Assembly: GCA_007134465.1 (NCBI GenBank)
Contig: SLKS01000311.1
Coordinates: 1 to 54,380 of the forward strand
Direction of reading: 5' to 3'
Source: Kiritimatiellia bacterium
Lineage (GTDB): Bacteria > Verrucomicrobiota > Kiritimatiellia > UBA8416 > SLMC01
Length of the DNA: 54,380 nt
The notes under the pieces were generated by a model, which was given only the letters and a program-made list of their open reading frames with translations, did no database searches and was not told the DNA's origin. Of the stretch, positions 41,001 through 49,263 are shown one piece after another (the first letter of the stretch is position 1; every line of letters begins with the position of its first letter). Made by a program: the position numbers and the translations under genes.

Positions 41001-41863
41001 GCCTTGACGCTGGCCAGAAAAACACCCTCGTCCCAGGAAACGTCCACCACTTCGGCCGACTTATGTCCGGCGTCCCGCATCGCTTCCAGCGCCGCAGCGG
41101 AAACCGGCTCGTACTTTCTGGCCAGAACCGTCTCGGAATCGAAATCGTGCACATTGTCCTTGAAGGCCAGATTCTTCAGCGCGCTATCGGGCGGAATCTT
41201 GTCGAGCTTCAGGGTCTTGACCGCGTAGAAGAGACCGAGCAATTCGTCGTCGGAGCCATAGCCGAGCGCCCGGAGAAACGAGCTGACAAGAAATTTTCTT
41301 CGCCGGCGCCGCCGGTCCAGGAATATCCAGATCAGATCGGAAATGTCGAATTGGATATCCACCCACGAACCGCGATCCGGAATGATCCGCATGGAGTAGA
41401 GCGTGATGGCGTTCGGATGCTGAGTCTGTTCGGAACAAATGCCCGGGGAACGGTGCAGCTGACTGACCACAACGCGGTCCGCGCCGTTCACTATGAAGGC
41501 GCCGTCGTCGGTCATGAGCGGCACTTCGCCCATGTACACGCTGTCTTCGCGAATCTCGTCTCCGTCCTTGATGCGAAACGTCACGTGCAACGGCGCCGCA
41601 TACGTTTGCCCTTCGATACGGCACTCCATCGCGCTCGTCTTGGGTTCGGAAAGTTCATACTTGACGAAATCGAGCACATAGCGCCCGTCGTAGCTCTCGA
41701 CAGGAAACACTTCCCTGAAAACGCTCTGAAGCCCCTGCTGCTTTCTCCGGCTCGGAGGCGTATCCATTTGCAGAAAGCTGCGATAGGAGTTCGTCTGGAT
41801 CTCGATGAGATCCGGCGGCTCGATCACGGCATGCAGCTTGCCAAAGTTGGTTTTCTCCGACAT
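38066..41863 (-). CDS. rpoB: DNA-directed RNA polymerase subunit beta
   Basis: 1265 aa. [10 protein letters not shown]...IEIQ..SY..FLQ. The C-terminal motif [29 protein letters not shown] is present. Confidence 0.97.
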   Translation of the reverse strand: MSEKTNFGKLHAVIEPPDLIEIQTNSYRSFLQMDTPPSRRKQQGLQSVFREVFPVESYDGRYVLDFVKYELSEPKTSAMECRIEGQTYAAPLHVTFRIKDGDEIREDSVYMGEVPLMTDDGAFIVNGADRVVVSQLHRSPGICSEQTQHPNAITLYSMRIIPDRGSWVDIQFDISDLIWIFLDRRRRRRKFLVSSFLRALGYGSDDELLGLFYAVKTLKLDKIPPDSALKNLAFKDNVHDFDSETVLARKYEPVSAAALEAMRDAGHKSAEVVDVSWDEGVFLASVKADPTHSADEALKDMYHRLRPGDPATPSNARQLLKRLFFDARRYDLGRVGRYKIDRKLGLKQKTDEGERRVLSVEDVVETVRHLIKIRKGEETIDDIDHLGNRRVRTVGELLENQCRIGLARTERLIKERMTLFDPATGVLSPQRLVNSKSLSAVVQDFFGRSQLSQFMDQTNPLAELAHKRRLSALGPGGLNRERAGFEVRDVHSSHYGRICPVETPEGPNIGLISSMCIYARINEFGFLESPYRKVDKGVVTDHVEYLTADQEEKYVIAQANAPLDAKNRFANSTVSVRYRGEFMEALREKVEWMDVSPKQVVSVAAGLIPFLEHDDANRALMGANMMRQAVPLLNAERPFVATGMEERVARDTRVVVVASQPGIVAYVSADTILVSRDGKMPGKKADPSTYNVYRLQKFRRSNAGTCFNQKPVVRVGEKVKKGTVLADGPATQEGEMALGKNLLVAFMPWSGYNFEDAVLISERVVRDDVFTSVHIQQFEVGARDTKLGPEEITRDIPNVGEEALRNLMPDGVIRVGAEVKPGDILVGKITPKSETELAPEERLLRAIFGKKAAEVRDTSLTVPSGTYGIVMDVKVTAHKETPRADFTPAERKQKLKSAKDEHRETRQKLTDEIAEKLSDILLGEKIPLEVLDAESGEIVIPANKKITKTLLRKLALVCDHIQIERSPIQVKIDEIVGEYKTKFAELDVEHDDTVGRIENGNEMDSGIIKQARVYVVTKKNLAVGDKLAGRHGNKGVVARIVPDFEMPFLDDGTPVDIVLNPLGVPSRMNLGQVFETHLGLACKALGMHVASPVFDGIPESDVSDLIEKAGFSRDGKAILCDGRTGEPFAQRVVVGYIYMMKLHHLVSDKIHARAVGPYSLVTQQPLGGKAQYGGQRMGEMEVWALEAYGAAYALQELLTVKSDDVAGRTRMYELIVKGENTLEAGIPESFNVLVNELQGLCLKLEMRGSGADMPSSIIRDVGDAF

Positions 41864-41965
41864 AGAGCCTTTCCTTCTTCCCTAAAAGTCGCGTTCCGCA
41901 GTCGTTGTCGTCACTCTTCCGCTGCGGCACGATCGCCTTCGCCTGCCGAGCGGCTTGGACCTGAA

Positions 41966-42427
41966 CTACTTCACTTCGACTGTGGCGCCGGCCGCCTCGA
42001 GCTTCTTCTTGATGCTGTCGGCCTCGTCCTTGGCAATGCCTTCTTTAACCGGCTTCGGCACGCCTTCCACCAAATCCTTGGCATCCTTGAGCCCCAAGCC
42101 CGTGATCGCGCGGACTTCCTTGATGACGCCGATCTTCTGCGAACCGAATCCGGTCAGCATCACGGTGAATTCCGTTTGCTCCTCGGCTGCGGGCGCCGCT
42201 CCGGCGGCGGCAGGGGCGGCGGCCATCATGGCCGGAGCCGCGGCCGATACGCCCAGCCGTTCTTCCAGAGCCTTGACGAGTTTGGACAATTCCAGCACCG
42301 AAATGCCTTCGACCCAGTCGACGAATTCGGCCATCTTGCCCGTGACCTGAACCGATGGAGCCTGCGCGGAATCCGCGTTGCCTTCCGGGGCTTCCTTGAC
42401 CTCTACGCTCTCTTCTTTCTCTGCCAT
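41966..42427 (-). CDS. rplL: 50S ribosomal protein L7/L12 (with a ~31-aa N-terminal extension if ATG 42427 is used)
   Basis: Core ...[21 protein letters not shown]....[51 protein letters not shown] lies 6 nt before ATG 42427. Internal Met at 42334 is the alternative start. Confidence 0.88.
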   Translation of the reverse strand: MAEKEESVEVKEAPEGNADSAQAPSVQVTGKMAEFVDWVEGISVLELSKLVKALEERLGVSAAAPAMMAAAPAAAGAAPAAEEQTEFTVMLTGFGSQKIGVIKEVRAITGLGLKDAKDLVEGVPKPVKEGIAKDEADSIKKKLEAAGATVEVK

Positions 42428-42469
42428 GATGCACTCCTGTCCTATGGTTTTTTCCGGCCAATCACCCGA

Positions 42470-43024
42470 CTACTCGGACTCGCTCTTCTTCGTTTCCGCC
42501 GCTTTCAGCACGTACAGCAAACTTGCCGTTTTCTGCCTGAACACGCCAGCCAACCGCGACATCGGAGCCGCCAAGGTTCCGGCAAGCATGGCGTACAGAA
42601 TCTCGCGCGACGGAATGTCGGCCAAGCTGACGATATCGGCTGCGGAGAGGGCTTTGCCGCTCATCCACCCGCCCTTAACGGTCGCCTTCTTGCTTTCCCG
42701 CGCAAAATCGCGCAAGGTTTTGGACACATCGGCGATTTCTCCCGAACCGACGATCATGGCGGTAGGACCTGCCAGCGCGTCATCCGCCGCTTCCCATTGC
42801 AAAGCGCCGACCGCGCGATTCAGGAACGAATTTTTGGCCACATGAAACGACGCCTTGTTTCCCCGCAACCGACGCCGGAAATCGGCGATCTGCTCCACCG
42901 TCAACCCGCGATAGTCCACCAGCAGCGCAAATTCGCTTTGCTCGAGTCGGGAAAGAATTTCCCGCTGTATCGCAACTGTTTCAGGCCGGACTTTCCTGTT
43001 TTCCGCTCTGGCGTCCATGATCAA
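42470..43024 (-). CDS. rplJ: 50S ribosomal protein L10
   Basis: 184 aa. F.LLVDYRGLTV.Q....R..LR......V.KN. The start overlaps the rplA stop (ATGA). M3 (43018) is an alternative start. Confidence 0.9.
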   Translation of the reverse strand: MIMDARAENRKVRPETVAIQREILSRLEQSEFALLVDYRGLTVEQIADFRRRLRGNKASFHVAKNSFLNRAVGALQWEAADDALAGPTAMIVGSGEIADVSKTLRDFARESKKATVKGGWMSGKALSAADIVSLADIPSREILYAMLAGTLAAPMSRLAGVFRQKTASLLYVLKAAETKKSESE

Positions 43025-43710
43025 TCCCTCAAATCCACACGCACGCCCACACCCATGGTGGACGTCACCGAACAGCTTTTGATGTAGGCGCCCTTGGCGC
43101 CGGCGGGCCGCTCGGCACGAACCGCCGCGAGAGCCGCCTGAGCGTTTTCAGTCAGGCGAGACAGATCGAACGATTTCTTCCCGAACGGAAGGTGCACATT
43201 GCCTTGGCGATCCATGCGAAAATCCACCTTGCCCGCCTTGCTTTGTTCCACCGCCGTGCGCGTATCGTCGGTTACCGTACCCGTTTTCGGGTTGGGCATC
43301 AGGCCTCTCGGCCCGAGCACGCGGCCCAGCTTGCGCACCTCCTGCATGGCCTCCGGCGTGGCGATGGCCACATCGAAGTCCGTCCATCCGCCCTTGACTT
43401 TTTCGATCATGTCCTCGAACCCCACATGATCGGCGCCCGCCTCTTTCGCTGCCTCGGCAGCCGGCCCGGCGGCAAAGACGAGCACACGCACTTTCTTGCC
43501 CGTTCCATGCGGAAGATGAGCCGCGCCGCGCACCGCCATTTCGGATCGTTTCGGATCCACGCCAAGACGCAAAGCCAGCTCCATGGTTTCGTCGAATTTG
43601 GCTGTCGTTTGCCGCTTCAGAAACCCGATCGCTTCGGCCAGTTCCACAGGCGTCTTGGGCGCCTCGGAAGCCGCTTTTCTATAATGTTTACCGTGACTGC
43701 CCATTGCCAT
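43021..43710 (-). CDS. rplA: 50S ribosomal protein L1
   Basis: 229 aa. KFDET.E.A..LGVDP.....VRG...LPHGTGK..RV.VFA. Confidence 0.95.
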   Translation of the reverse strand: MAMGSHGKHYRKAASEAPKTPVELAEAIGFLKRQTTAKFDETMELALRLGVDPKRSEMAVRGAAHLPHGTGKKVRVLVFAAGPAAEAAKEAGADHVGFEDMIEKVKGGWTDFDVAIATPEAMQEVRKLGRVLGPRGLMPNPKTGTVTDDTRTAVEQSKAGKVDFRMDRQGNVHLPFGKKSFDLSRLTENAQAALAAVRAERPAGAKGAYIKSCSVTSTMGVGVRVDLRD

Positions 43711-43720
43711 GCTCCGCCAG

Positions 43721-44149
43721 CTAGCTTTCCGTCACTTGAATCCCCATGCTCCGCGCCGTCCCCGCGACAATTCGCGCCGCATGGTCGGGATCGGATGCAT
43801 TCAGATCCTTTTCCTTAATCTTGACAATCTCGAGAATCTGCGCGGCCGTGACCGTGCCCACCTTGTCGCGGTTCGGCTGCGCGGAACCTTTGGCCAGTCC
43901 CGCCGCCCGCTTCAGGAGCGCTGCCGCCGGCGGGCTTTTGGTTATGAACGAAAACGATTTGTCATGATACACGGTAATGACTACAGGAACCGCCATGCCC
44001 GCCTGGCTCTGCGTCGCCGCGTTGAAGGCCTTGCAGAACTCCATGATGTTGACACCCTGCTGCCCCAGCGCGGGGCCGACAGGCGGCGCAGGATTGGCTG
44101 CCCCGGCCGGAATCTGCAACTTGATTTTCCCCACAATGCGCTTGGCCAT
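43721..44149 (-). CDS. rplK: 50S ribosomal protein L11
   Basis: [44 protein letters not shown]. Start corrected from 44185. Confidence 0.95.
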   Translation of the reverse strand: MAKRIVGKIKLQIPAGAANPAPPVGPALGQQGVNIMEFCKAFNAATQSQAGMAVPVVITVYHDKSFSFITKSPPAAALLKRAAGLAKGSAQPNRDKVGTVTAAQILEIVKIKEKDLNASDPDHAARIVAGTARSMGIQVTES

Positions 44150-44193
44150 ACATGCCTTTCTCTCGCGGCGGAACGCGCGCGACAATGTCCGCG

Positions 44194-44748
44194 CTACTCC
44201 GCCCGTTCAACCTGCCAGTATTCCAGTTCCACAGGCGCCGTTCTCCCGAAAATCGCCACCGAAACCTTCAGCTTGCCGCGTTCCGGATCCACTTCCTCCA
44301 CCGTGCCGTTGAAATTAAGAAATGGCCCATCGTTGATCTTCACGGTCTCGCCCGGCTCGAAAACAATCTTCGGCTTGACCTTCTCGCTCTTTTCCTCCAT
44401 CTGGCCCAGCACGTAGCCAATCTCGTCGTCGGTAAGCGGCGTCGGCTTTTCTCCGCCCATGAACTTGATGATGCCCGGTGTATCCTGAATGAAATACCAA
44501 CTCTTTTCGATCAGGGTGCGGCTGTCGTCGTACAGCGCGATATGCAGCAGCACGTACCCGGGAAAAAACTTGCGCCGCGTGGTGGTCTTCACGCCCTTCT
44601 TGACTTCCGACACCTTTTCCACGGGAATCACGACCTGGTCGAGATAGTCCTCCATGTCCTCGAACGATGCGCGCCGCAAAAGGCTGTCCTTGACCTTTTG
44701 CTCCTGTCCGGTCAGCGTATGTACCACGAACCATTCTTTGGGCGGCAT
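44194..44748 (-). CDS. nusG: transcription termination/antitermination factor NusG
   Basis: 184 aa. WFVVHT.TG.E.KVK..L...; the KOW region [32 protein letters not shown]. Confidence 0.93.
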   Translation of the reverse strand: MPPKEWFVVHTLTGQEQKVKDSLLRRASFEDMEDYLDQVVIPVEKVSEVKKGVKTTTRRKFFPGYVLLHIALYDDSRTLIEKSWYFIQDTPGIIKFMGGEKPTPLTDDEIGYVLGQMEEKSEKVKPKIVFEPGETVKINDGPFLNFNGTVEEVDPERGKLKVSVAIFGRTAPVELEYWQVERAE

Positions 44749-44766
44749 GGCTCAATCCTCGCGGGC

Positions 44767-44979
44767 CTACATTCCCGTCGGTGTCAGCCGTTCGAACAAT
44801 GTCACAAGAAATTTGTCGCTGACCCCGATAAACAGGCTTAGCAGCGCCACCGTAACGATCACGACCACAGTCGATTCCATCAGCGCACGTCTTGACGGCC
44901 ATTCGCATTTCACGATTTCGGCCACCACTTCGCTCCAGAAATTCTTCACGTTTTCAACAACAGAGACGGATTTGCTCAT
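44767..44979 (-). CDS. secE: preprotein translocase subunit SecE
   Basis: 70 aa. MSKSVSVVENVKNFWSEVVAEIVKCEWPSR, then one TM segment (VVVIVTVALLSLFIGV). The upstream part of track ORF 44767..45162 is a read through tRNA-Trp. Confidence 0.85.
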   Translation of the reverse strand: MSKSVSVVENVKNFWSEVVAEIVKCEWPSRRALMESTVVVIVTVALLSLFIGVSDKFLVTLFERLTPTGM

Positions 44980-45101
44980 GTGCTGTTCCCCTGTCTCCGA
45001 AAAAAAGAGGCCGCTCCGAAACCGGCGCGGCGATTCGAGACCTGCGCGACGGACCCCATGAATTCCCGCTCCGCATCCGGCACGCATGCACTGGCGCAAA
45101 C

Positions 45102-45178
45102 TGGCAGGCCAGGAGGGACTCGAACCCCCAACAACCGGTTTTGGAGACCGGTGCTCTGCCAAATTGAGCTACTGGCCT
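45102..45178 (-). tRNA. trnW: tRNA-Trp (anticodon CCA), CCA end encoded
   Basis: Reverse complement: AGGCCAG-TA-GCTC-AATTTGGCA-GAGC-A-CCGGT-CTCCAAA-ACCGG-TTGTT-GGGGG-TTCGAGT-CCCTC-CTGGCCT-G-CCA. Full cloverleaf, and the canonical position between rpmG and secE. Confidence 0.93.
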
Positions 45179-45193
45179 TCCGGAAAACGTTCT

Positions 45194-45346
45194 CTACCTG
45201 GTTTCCTTGTGCAGAGTTCGCTTTCTGTCGAACCGGCAATACTTTTTCAACTCCAACCGGCCGGCTCCCGCTTTCTTGTTCCGGTCCGTCGTATAATTGC
45301 GACGCTTGCATTCGGCACAGGCCATAACAACCAGTTCTCGCGGCAT
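45194..45346 (-). CDS. rpmG: 50S ribosomal protein L33
   Basis: Not in the track (50 aa). My translation gives MPRELVVMACAECKRRNYTTDRNKKAGAGRLELKKYCRFDRKRTLHKETR. Confidence 0.9.
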   Translation of the reverse strand: MPRELVVMACAECKRRNYTTDRNKKAGAGRLELKKYCRFDRKRTLHKETR

Positions 45347-45431
45347 GACGAACCACCCACTGTTTCCTGTTGTTCCCAGGGCGCCGAACGCCCGTCCTTC
45401 AACGCAGCATTGGCCCGCAGGCCAGACCCGC

Positions 45432-46640
45432 CTACTCGAGAATTTTCGTCACCGTACCGGCGCCGACCGTTCGGCCGCCTTCGCGAATGGCAAAACGCAT
45501 CTTTTCTTCCATGGCCACCGGCACGAGCAACTTGACCGTCAGGCTGATGTTGTCCCCCGGCATGACCATTTTGACGTCTTCGGGCAAGGTGACGTCGCCA
45601 GTCACGTCCGTCGTTCTCATATAGAATTGCGGCCGGTACCCCTTGAAGAACGGAGTGTGGCGCCCGCCTTCCTCTTTGCTCAGCACATACAACTGCGCCT
45701 CGAACGTGGTGTGAGGCGTGATGGAGCCCGGCGCCGCCAGCACCTGGCCGCGCTCGACATCGGTTTTCTTCGTGCCGCGAAGCAGCACGCCGATGTTGTC
45801 GCCCGCCTGTCCCTGGTCCAGCAGCTTGCGAAACATTTCCACGCCGGTGGCCGTCGTTTGCGACGTCGGCCGCAAGCCCACCATCTCCACCGTGTCGCCA
45901 ACCTTGACAATGCCGCGCTCGACGCGGCCGGTAACGACAGTGCCTCGGCCTTCGATCGAGAACACGTCTTCGATCGGCATCAGGAACGGCTTGTCCACCG
46001 CCCGTTCGGGCTCGGGAATGTACTCGTCCAGCGCGTCCATGAGCTTCTGAATGCATTCGCAGGCCGGATCGTCCGGCGAATTCACTTTCGTCGCCGACAA
46101 CGCATCCCCCTGGATGATCGGAATGTCGTCGCCGGGAAACTCGTATTTGTTCAACAGCTCGCGAATTTCCATTTCGACCAGATCCAGCAGTTCGGGATCG
46201 TCTACCAGGTCTACCTTATTAAGGAACACGACCAGAGCGGGGACGCCCACTTGGCGGGCCAGCAGAATGTGCTCGCGGGTTTGCGGCATGGGACCGTCCG
46301 CCGCGCTGACCACAATGATGGCGCCGTCCATCTGCGCCGCGCCGGTGATCATGTTCTTCACGTAGTCCGCATGGCCCGGGCAATCCACGTGCGCGTAGTG
46401 GCGCTTCGTGGAACTGTACTCGACATGCGAAGTCGCGATCGTCAGAATTTTGGTCGCATCGCGACGACCGGCCGATTCGGACGCCTTGGCCACCGTGTCG
46501 TACGACACGTAATCGGCCATGCTTTTCAGCGACTGCACCTTGGTAATGGCTGCCGTCAGCGTAGTTTTTCCGTGATCGACATGACCGATCGTCCCGACGT
46601 TCACATGAGGTTTCGTGCGGTCGAATTTTTCCTTTGCCAT
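45432..46640 (-). CDS. tuf: elongation factor Tu
   Basis: [33 protein letters not shown]. Confidence 0.98.
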   Translation of the reverse strand: MAKEKFDRTKPHVNVGTIGHVDHGKTTLTAAITKVQSLKSMADYVSYDTVAKASESAGRRDATKILTIATSHVEYSSTKRHYAHVDCPGHADYVKNMITGAAQMDGAIIVVSAADGPMPQTREHILLARQVGVPALVVFLNKVDLVDDPELLDLVEMEIRELLNKYEFPGDDIPIIQGDALSATKVNSPDDPACECIQKLMDALDEYIPEPERAVDKPFLMPIEDVFSIEGRGTVVTGRVERGIVKVGDTVEMVGLRPTSQTTATGVEMFRKLLDQGQAGDNIGVLLRGTKKTDVERGQVLAAPGSITPHTTFEAQLYVLSKEEGGRHTPFFKGYRPQFYMRTTDVTGDVTLPEDVKMVMPGDNISLTVKLLVPVAMEEKMRFAIREGGRTVGAGTVTKILE

Positions 46641-46689
46641 GATTAGGCCTCCTCCGATAGTCCTCTGTTCTCCGTTTCCGCTCTGGCAA

Positions 46690-46765
46690 TGGAGCCCATG
46701 AGCGGGATCGAACCGCTGACCTCATCCTTACCAAGGATGTGCTCTGCCGACTGAGCTACATGGGC
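46690..46765 (-). tRNA. trnT: tRNA-Thr (anticodon GGT), CCA end encoded
   Basis: Reverse complement: GCCCATG-TA-GCTC-AGTCGGCA-GAGC-A-CATCC-TTGGTAA-GGATG-AGGTC-AGCGG-TTCGATC-CCGCT-CATGGGC-T-CCA. A tRNA-Thr directly upstream of tuf is a common arrangement. Confidence 0.93.
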
Positions 46766-46912
46766 CGGCGATCGAATTGCCACTGCTCGCAAGTCAAACT
46801 TCCCGCCCGCTTCGATCCGCGGACGACGGGAAGAATGTTTTCCGAAAACGCAACGGCCGCGTTCGACTTGCAGCCGACACGCGCTTTCCCTCCCAAAACA
46901 AAACGAGCGCAA

Positions 46913-46972
46913 AACATAACAGGATATCTGCGCTTGTCAACTGATTTTGAAAAAAAATCGGAAAAAAAATCG
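46913..46972 (-). promoter_or_regulatory. candidate sigma70 promoter with UP-like element for tRNA-Thr/tuf
   Basis: Minus strand reads CGATTTTTTTTC x2 (46949-46972), then TTGACA (complement of 46935-40), a 16-nt spacer, then TATGTT (complement of 46913-18). This is the most AT-rich patch in the window. Confidence 0.5.
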
Positions 46973-47299
46973 CAGGGCTATTGCCAGGCTTTTCGCGGGC
47001 TTTTCAAGACAAGGTGTCGCACGATTTTCCAAGCAGGCGCCAATCTTGCTTCTGCCCTGTGCCTTTCGCCCATGCCGAAACAAAGATTCCGCACGCCAGA
47101 AGAAATGACAGGATGCGACTCGGCCGGAACCGTGAAAAATGATCTGTCGCTACCCAAAGGCGGAAGAAAACGTTCCTACGGTTGGCAAGGAGTAAAATGC
47201 GCGAGCACGAGCAGAGAATCCGACCCTGTCTCGCGTATCGCTCGATACGACGCAGCCTTCTCTTCGTACTTCGGCAAAGACAGCTGGCTCAACAGGAAT

Positions 47300-49174
47300 C
47301 TAGCCTTCGTCGGCGCGGCGCGCGCCTTCCATGAGCAGACCCATGAGCGGAGCCTGGATGGTCCGGTCCGGGAATTCCGTTCGGGTCCGCATGGCGAATT
47401 CGCCTTCTTTCCAGCCCATGATGTCGTAGAAGGCTTCCTCGCCCGTCTTATCGCCGGCAACGGCATGGACCACGGCGCCTTCGGAAACATGCACCAGCCC
47501 GTCCACGCCTTCCCGGGAAAGAACGATTTCCATGCTCTTGCCGCCCGCGCACAGAATCTGGATCATATCCGTAAAACTCATCTCGGCCAGCAAGCCCTTG
47601 ACGCCCGATTCATCCGCCGACGCCGGAGCGGGCGCGCCCAGTCGGCGCAGGCGCAGAAAGAGCCGTTCCAATTCCACCGGTTTCGGGAAGCAATCCTCGC
47701 AACCGGCGCGCAGACATTCGGTAGTCAGGGTTTCGTCGTGCTTCGGCAGGAGCGCGATCAACGGAATCGAGGCGAGTTCAGGGTCGCTTTTGATCTTCTG
47801 GCACAGCCGCAATCCGCCCTGTCGCGGCAGGTCCATGGAAACCAGCACGGCGACCGGCGCATCCGCCCGCACCCGCTTCTCTGCGGTCGCGCCGTCCGCC
47901 ACAACGTCCACCTCGTACCCGTCGTCCGCCAGCGGCGGAGCCAAGGCTGCGGAAGCCGTTTCGGCAGGGTCCACAATCAGGATGCGACCGGTCGCCTTGT
48001 CCATGCCGGACAGAAAGGCCTCGTCCATCAGGATTTGAAGGAACGCTTCCCGCAACGCATCGTGTTCGGGCCCCGCCGGCCCGTGCGCGCGCAAATGCTC
48101 GCGCACGCGGGCAATGTCGCGCGCCGCCTGCGCATCGCGATCCTTGAATTCCTGATAGCGGCGGACCACGCCCAGTATTCTGGCTTCCGTCGGCGCGTCG
48201 GGTTGCGTGTCGCCATCGGGACGCACAAGCGCTTCGAGATCGAAGGGCGGCGCCAATTGCCTCACAATCTCGCGCGGCGAGTCCAAAACCGAAACCCAGG
48301 CAGCCATGCCCACGGCATCGCATGATTCGGGCCCGAGACTCATGCGCGCGGCCAGCAGCCGACTGTAGCGAACGCGAGCCTTGGCCCGCAGCACGGCGCC
48401 CGTATCGGCGCCCAGCCGGGTCTGCGCCAGCAACGCGACGGAACTGAGCAGCGTTCGGCTCAGGCCCGTCATGACCGACGGCGACGTCTCGTCCGGCTTG
48501 ACCGTCGTCTCCCCAGACGATGCCGGCGAAGTCTGCTCGCCAACAGCGCGGGCGGCCATGGCGGACGAATGAAAGCGGGAAAGCTTGCGCGGCTCGGCGC
48601 CGGATTTCGCTTCCGGCGTCTTGGAAGCGGATCTTGCCTTGGCGTCCCTGCGCAAACCGCTCAACCGGAATTTTTTCTTCTCCTCGCGCTCCGGCGGCAG
48701 CGCGACGCCGTTCTTCCGATTCGAGGGCAACGCCGACCGGTAATGCGTCTCGAACGCCTCGTCCAGTTCCGGTCGCGACACAATAACGAACCCCAGCGCG
48801 GGCGGCAGCAGAAGGAACCGGAATATCTTTTCGATCCTGACCATCTGATCGGGATCGTGAACGGCCAGCGTGACAATGTTCTCCTGCCGGTCGCAGGAGA
48901 CAGGAAACACTTTCCAGCGAACCGCGCACGGCGCCGACAAAACAGCCCGCGCCTCGGCCGACAGCGGGCGGCCATGCAGCGGCACATAGGGCAACCCGTA
49001 GATTTCAGCCAGACACTGCCCCAGCTTCCGGCGCCCGACGATGTTCAGGGCCAGCAACGACTCGCTCAGGGATACGCCATGATCGAAGGCATGCTTCTGC
49101 GCGCGCTCGAGCTGTTCCTTTTCGACGGCGCCCGAATCCATAAGATGCTGCTTGAACTTGGCTAGATCGAGCAT
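47300..49174 (-). CDS. multidomain signalling protein: T2SSE_N (MshEN-like) domain, low-complexity linker, degenerate HD-like region, REC receiver, DUF4388
   Basis: 624 aa.
- N-terminus: ...GAVEKEQLERAQKHAFDHGVSLSESLLALNIVGRRKLGQCLAEIYGLPYVPL resembles the GspE/MshE N-terminal domain.
- Receiver domain: RILIVDPAE...VAVLVSMDLPRQGGLRLCQKIKSDPELASIPLIALLPK.
- C-terminus: VKGLLAEMSFTDMIQIL...G..........G.V..G.VVHA......GEEAFYDIMGWKEGEFAM matches the DUF4388 pattern.
- GAGGAGG SD upstream. Confidence 0.8.
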   Translation of the reverse strand: MLDLAKFKQHLMDSGAVEKEQLERAQKHAFDHGVSLSESLLALNIVGRRKLGQCLAEIYGLPYVPLHGRPLSAEARAVLSAPCAVRWKVFPVSCDRQENIVTLAVHDPDQMVRIEKIFRFLLLPPALGFVIVSRPELDEAFETHYRSALPSNRKNGVALPPEREEKKKFRLSGLRRDAKARSASKTPEAKSGAEPRKLSRFHSSAMAARAVGEQTSPASSGETTVKPDETSPSVMTGLSRTLLSSVALLAQTRLGADTGAVLRAKARVRYSRLLAARMSLGPESCDAVGMAAWVSVLDSPREIVRQLAPPFDLEALVRPDGDTQPDAPTEARILGVVRRYQEFKDRDAQAARDIARVREHLRAHGPAGPEHDALREAFLQILMDEAFLSGMDKATGRILIVDPAETASAALAPPLADDGYEVDVVADGATAEKRVRADAPVAVLVSMDLPRQGGLRLCQKIKSDPELASIPLIALLPKHDETLTTECLRAGCEDCFPKPVELERLFLRLRRLGAPAPASADESGVKGLLAEMSFTDMIQILCAGGKSMEIVLSREGVDGLVHVSEGAVVHAVAGDKTGEEAFYDIMGWKEGEFAMRTRTEFPDRTIQAPLMGLLMEGARRADEG

Positions 49175-49263
49175 GATCGCCTCCTCACAGACGATTTATC
49201 AACGCTGTCCTGTGTATCATGGGCGGCGACGGTGTGCCAGAGAAATAACTGGTCTTCTCCGGT

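Noticed and set aside
44980-45162. N-terminal part of ORF 44767..45162(-) (MAEHRSPKPVVGGSSPSWPA...).
   Set aside because: This stretch is the translation of tRNA-Trp and flanking non-coding DNA. The real secE starts at 44979.
47197-47334. 45-codon ORF with a good AAGGAG SD, considered as a real small gene.
   Set aside because: It is Arg-rich with no motif, overlaps the opposite-strand gene's 3' end, and has no supporting evidence. I kept it only as a note inside the intergenic-gap finding.
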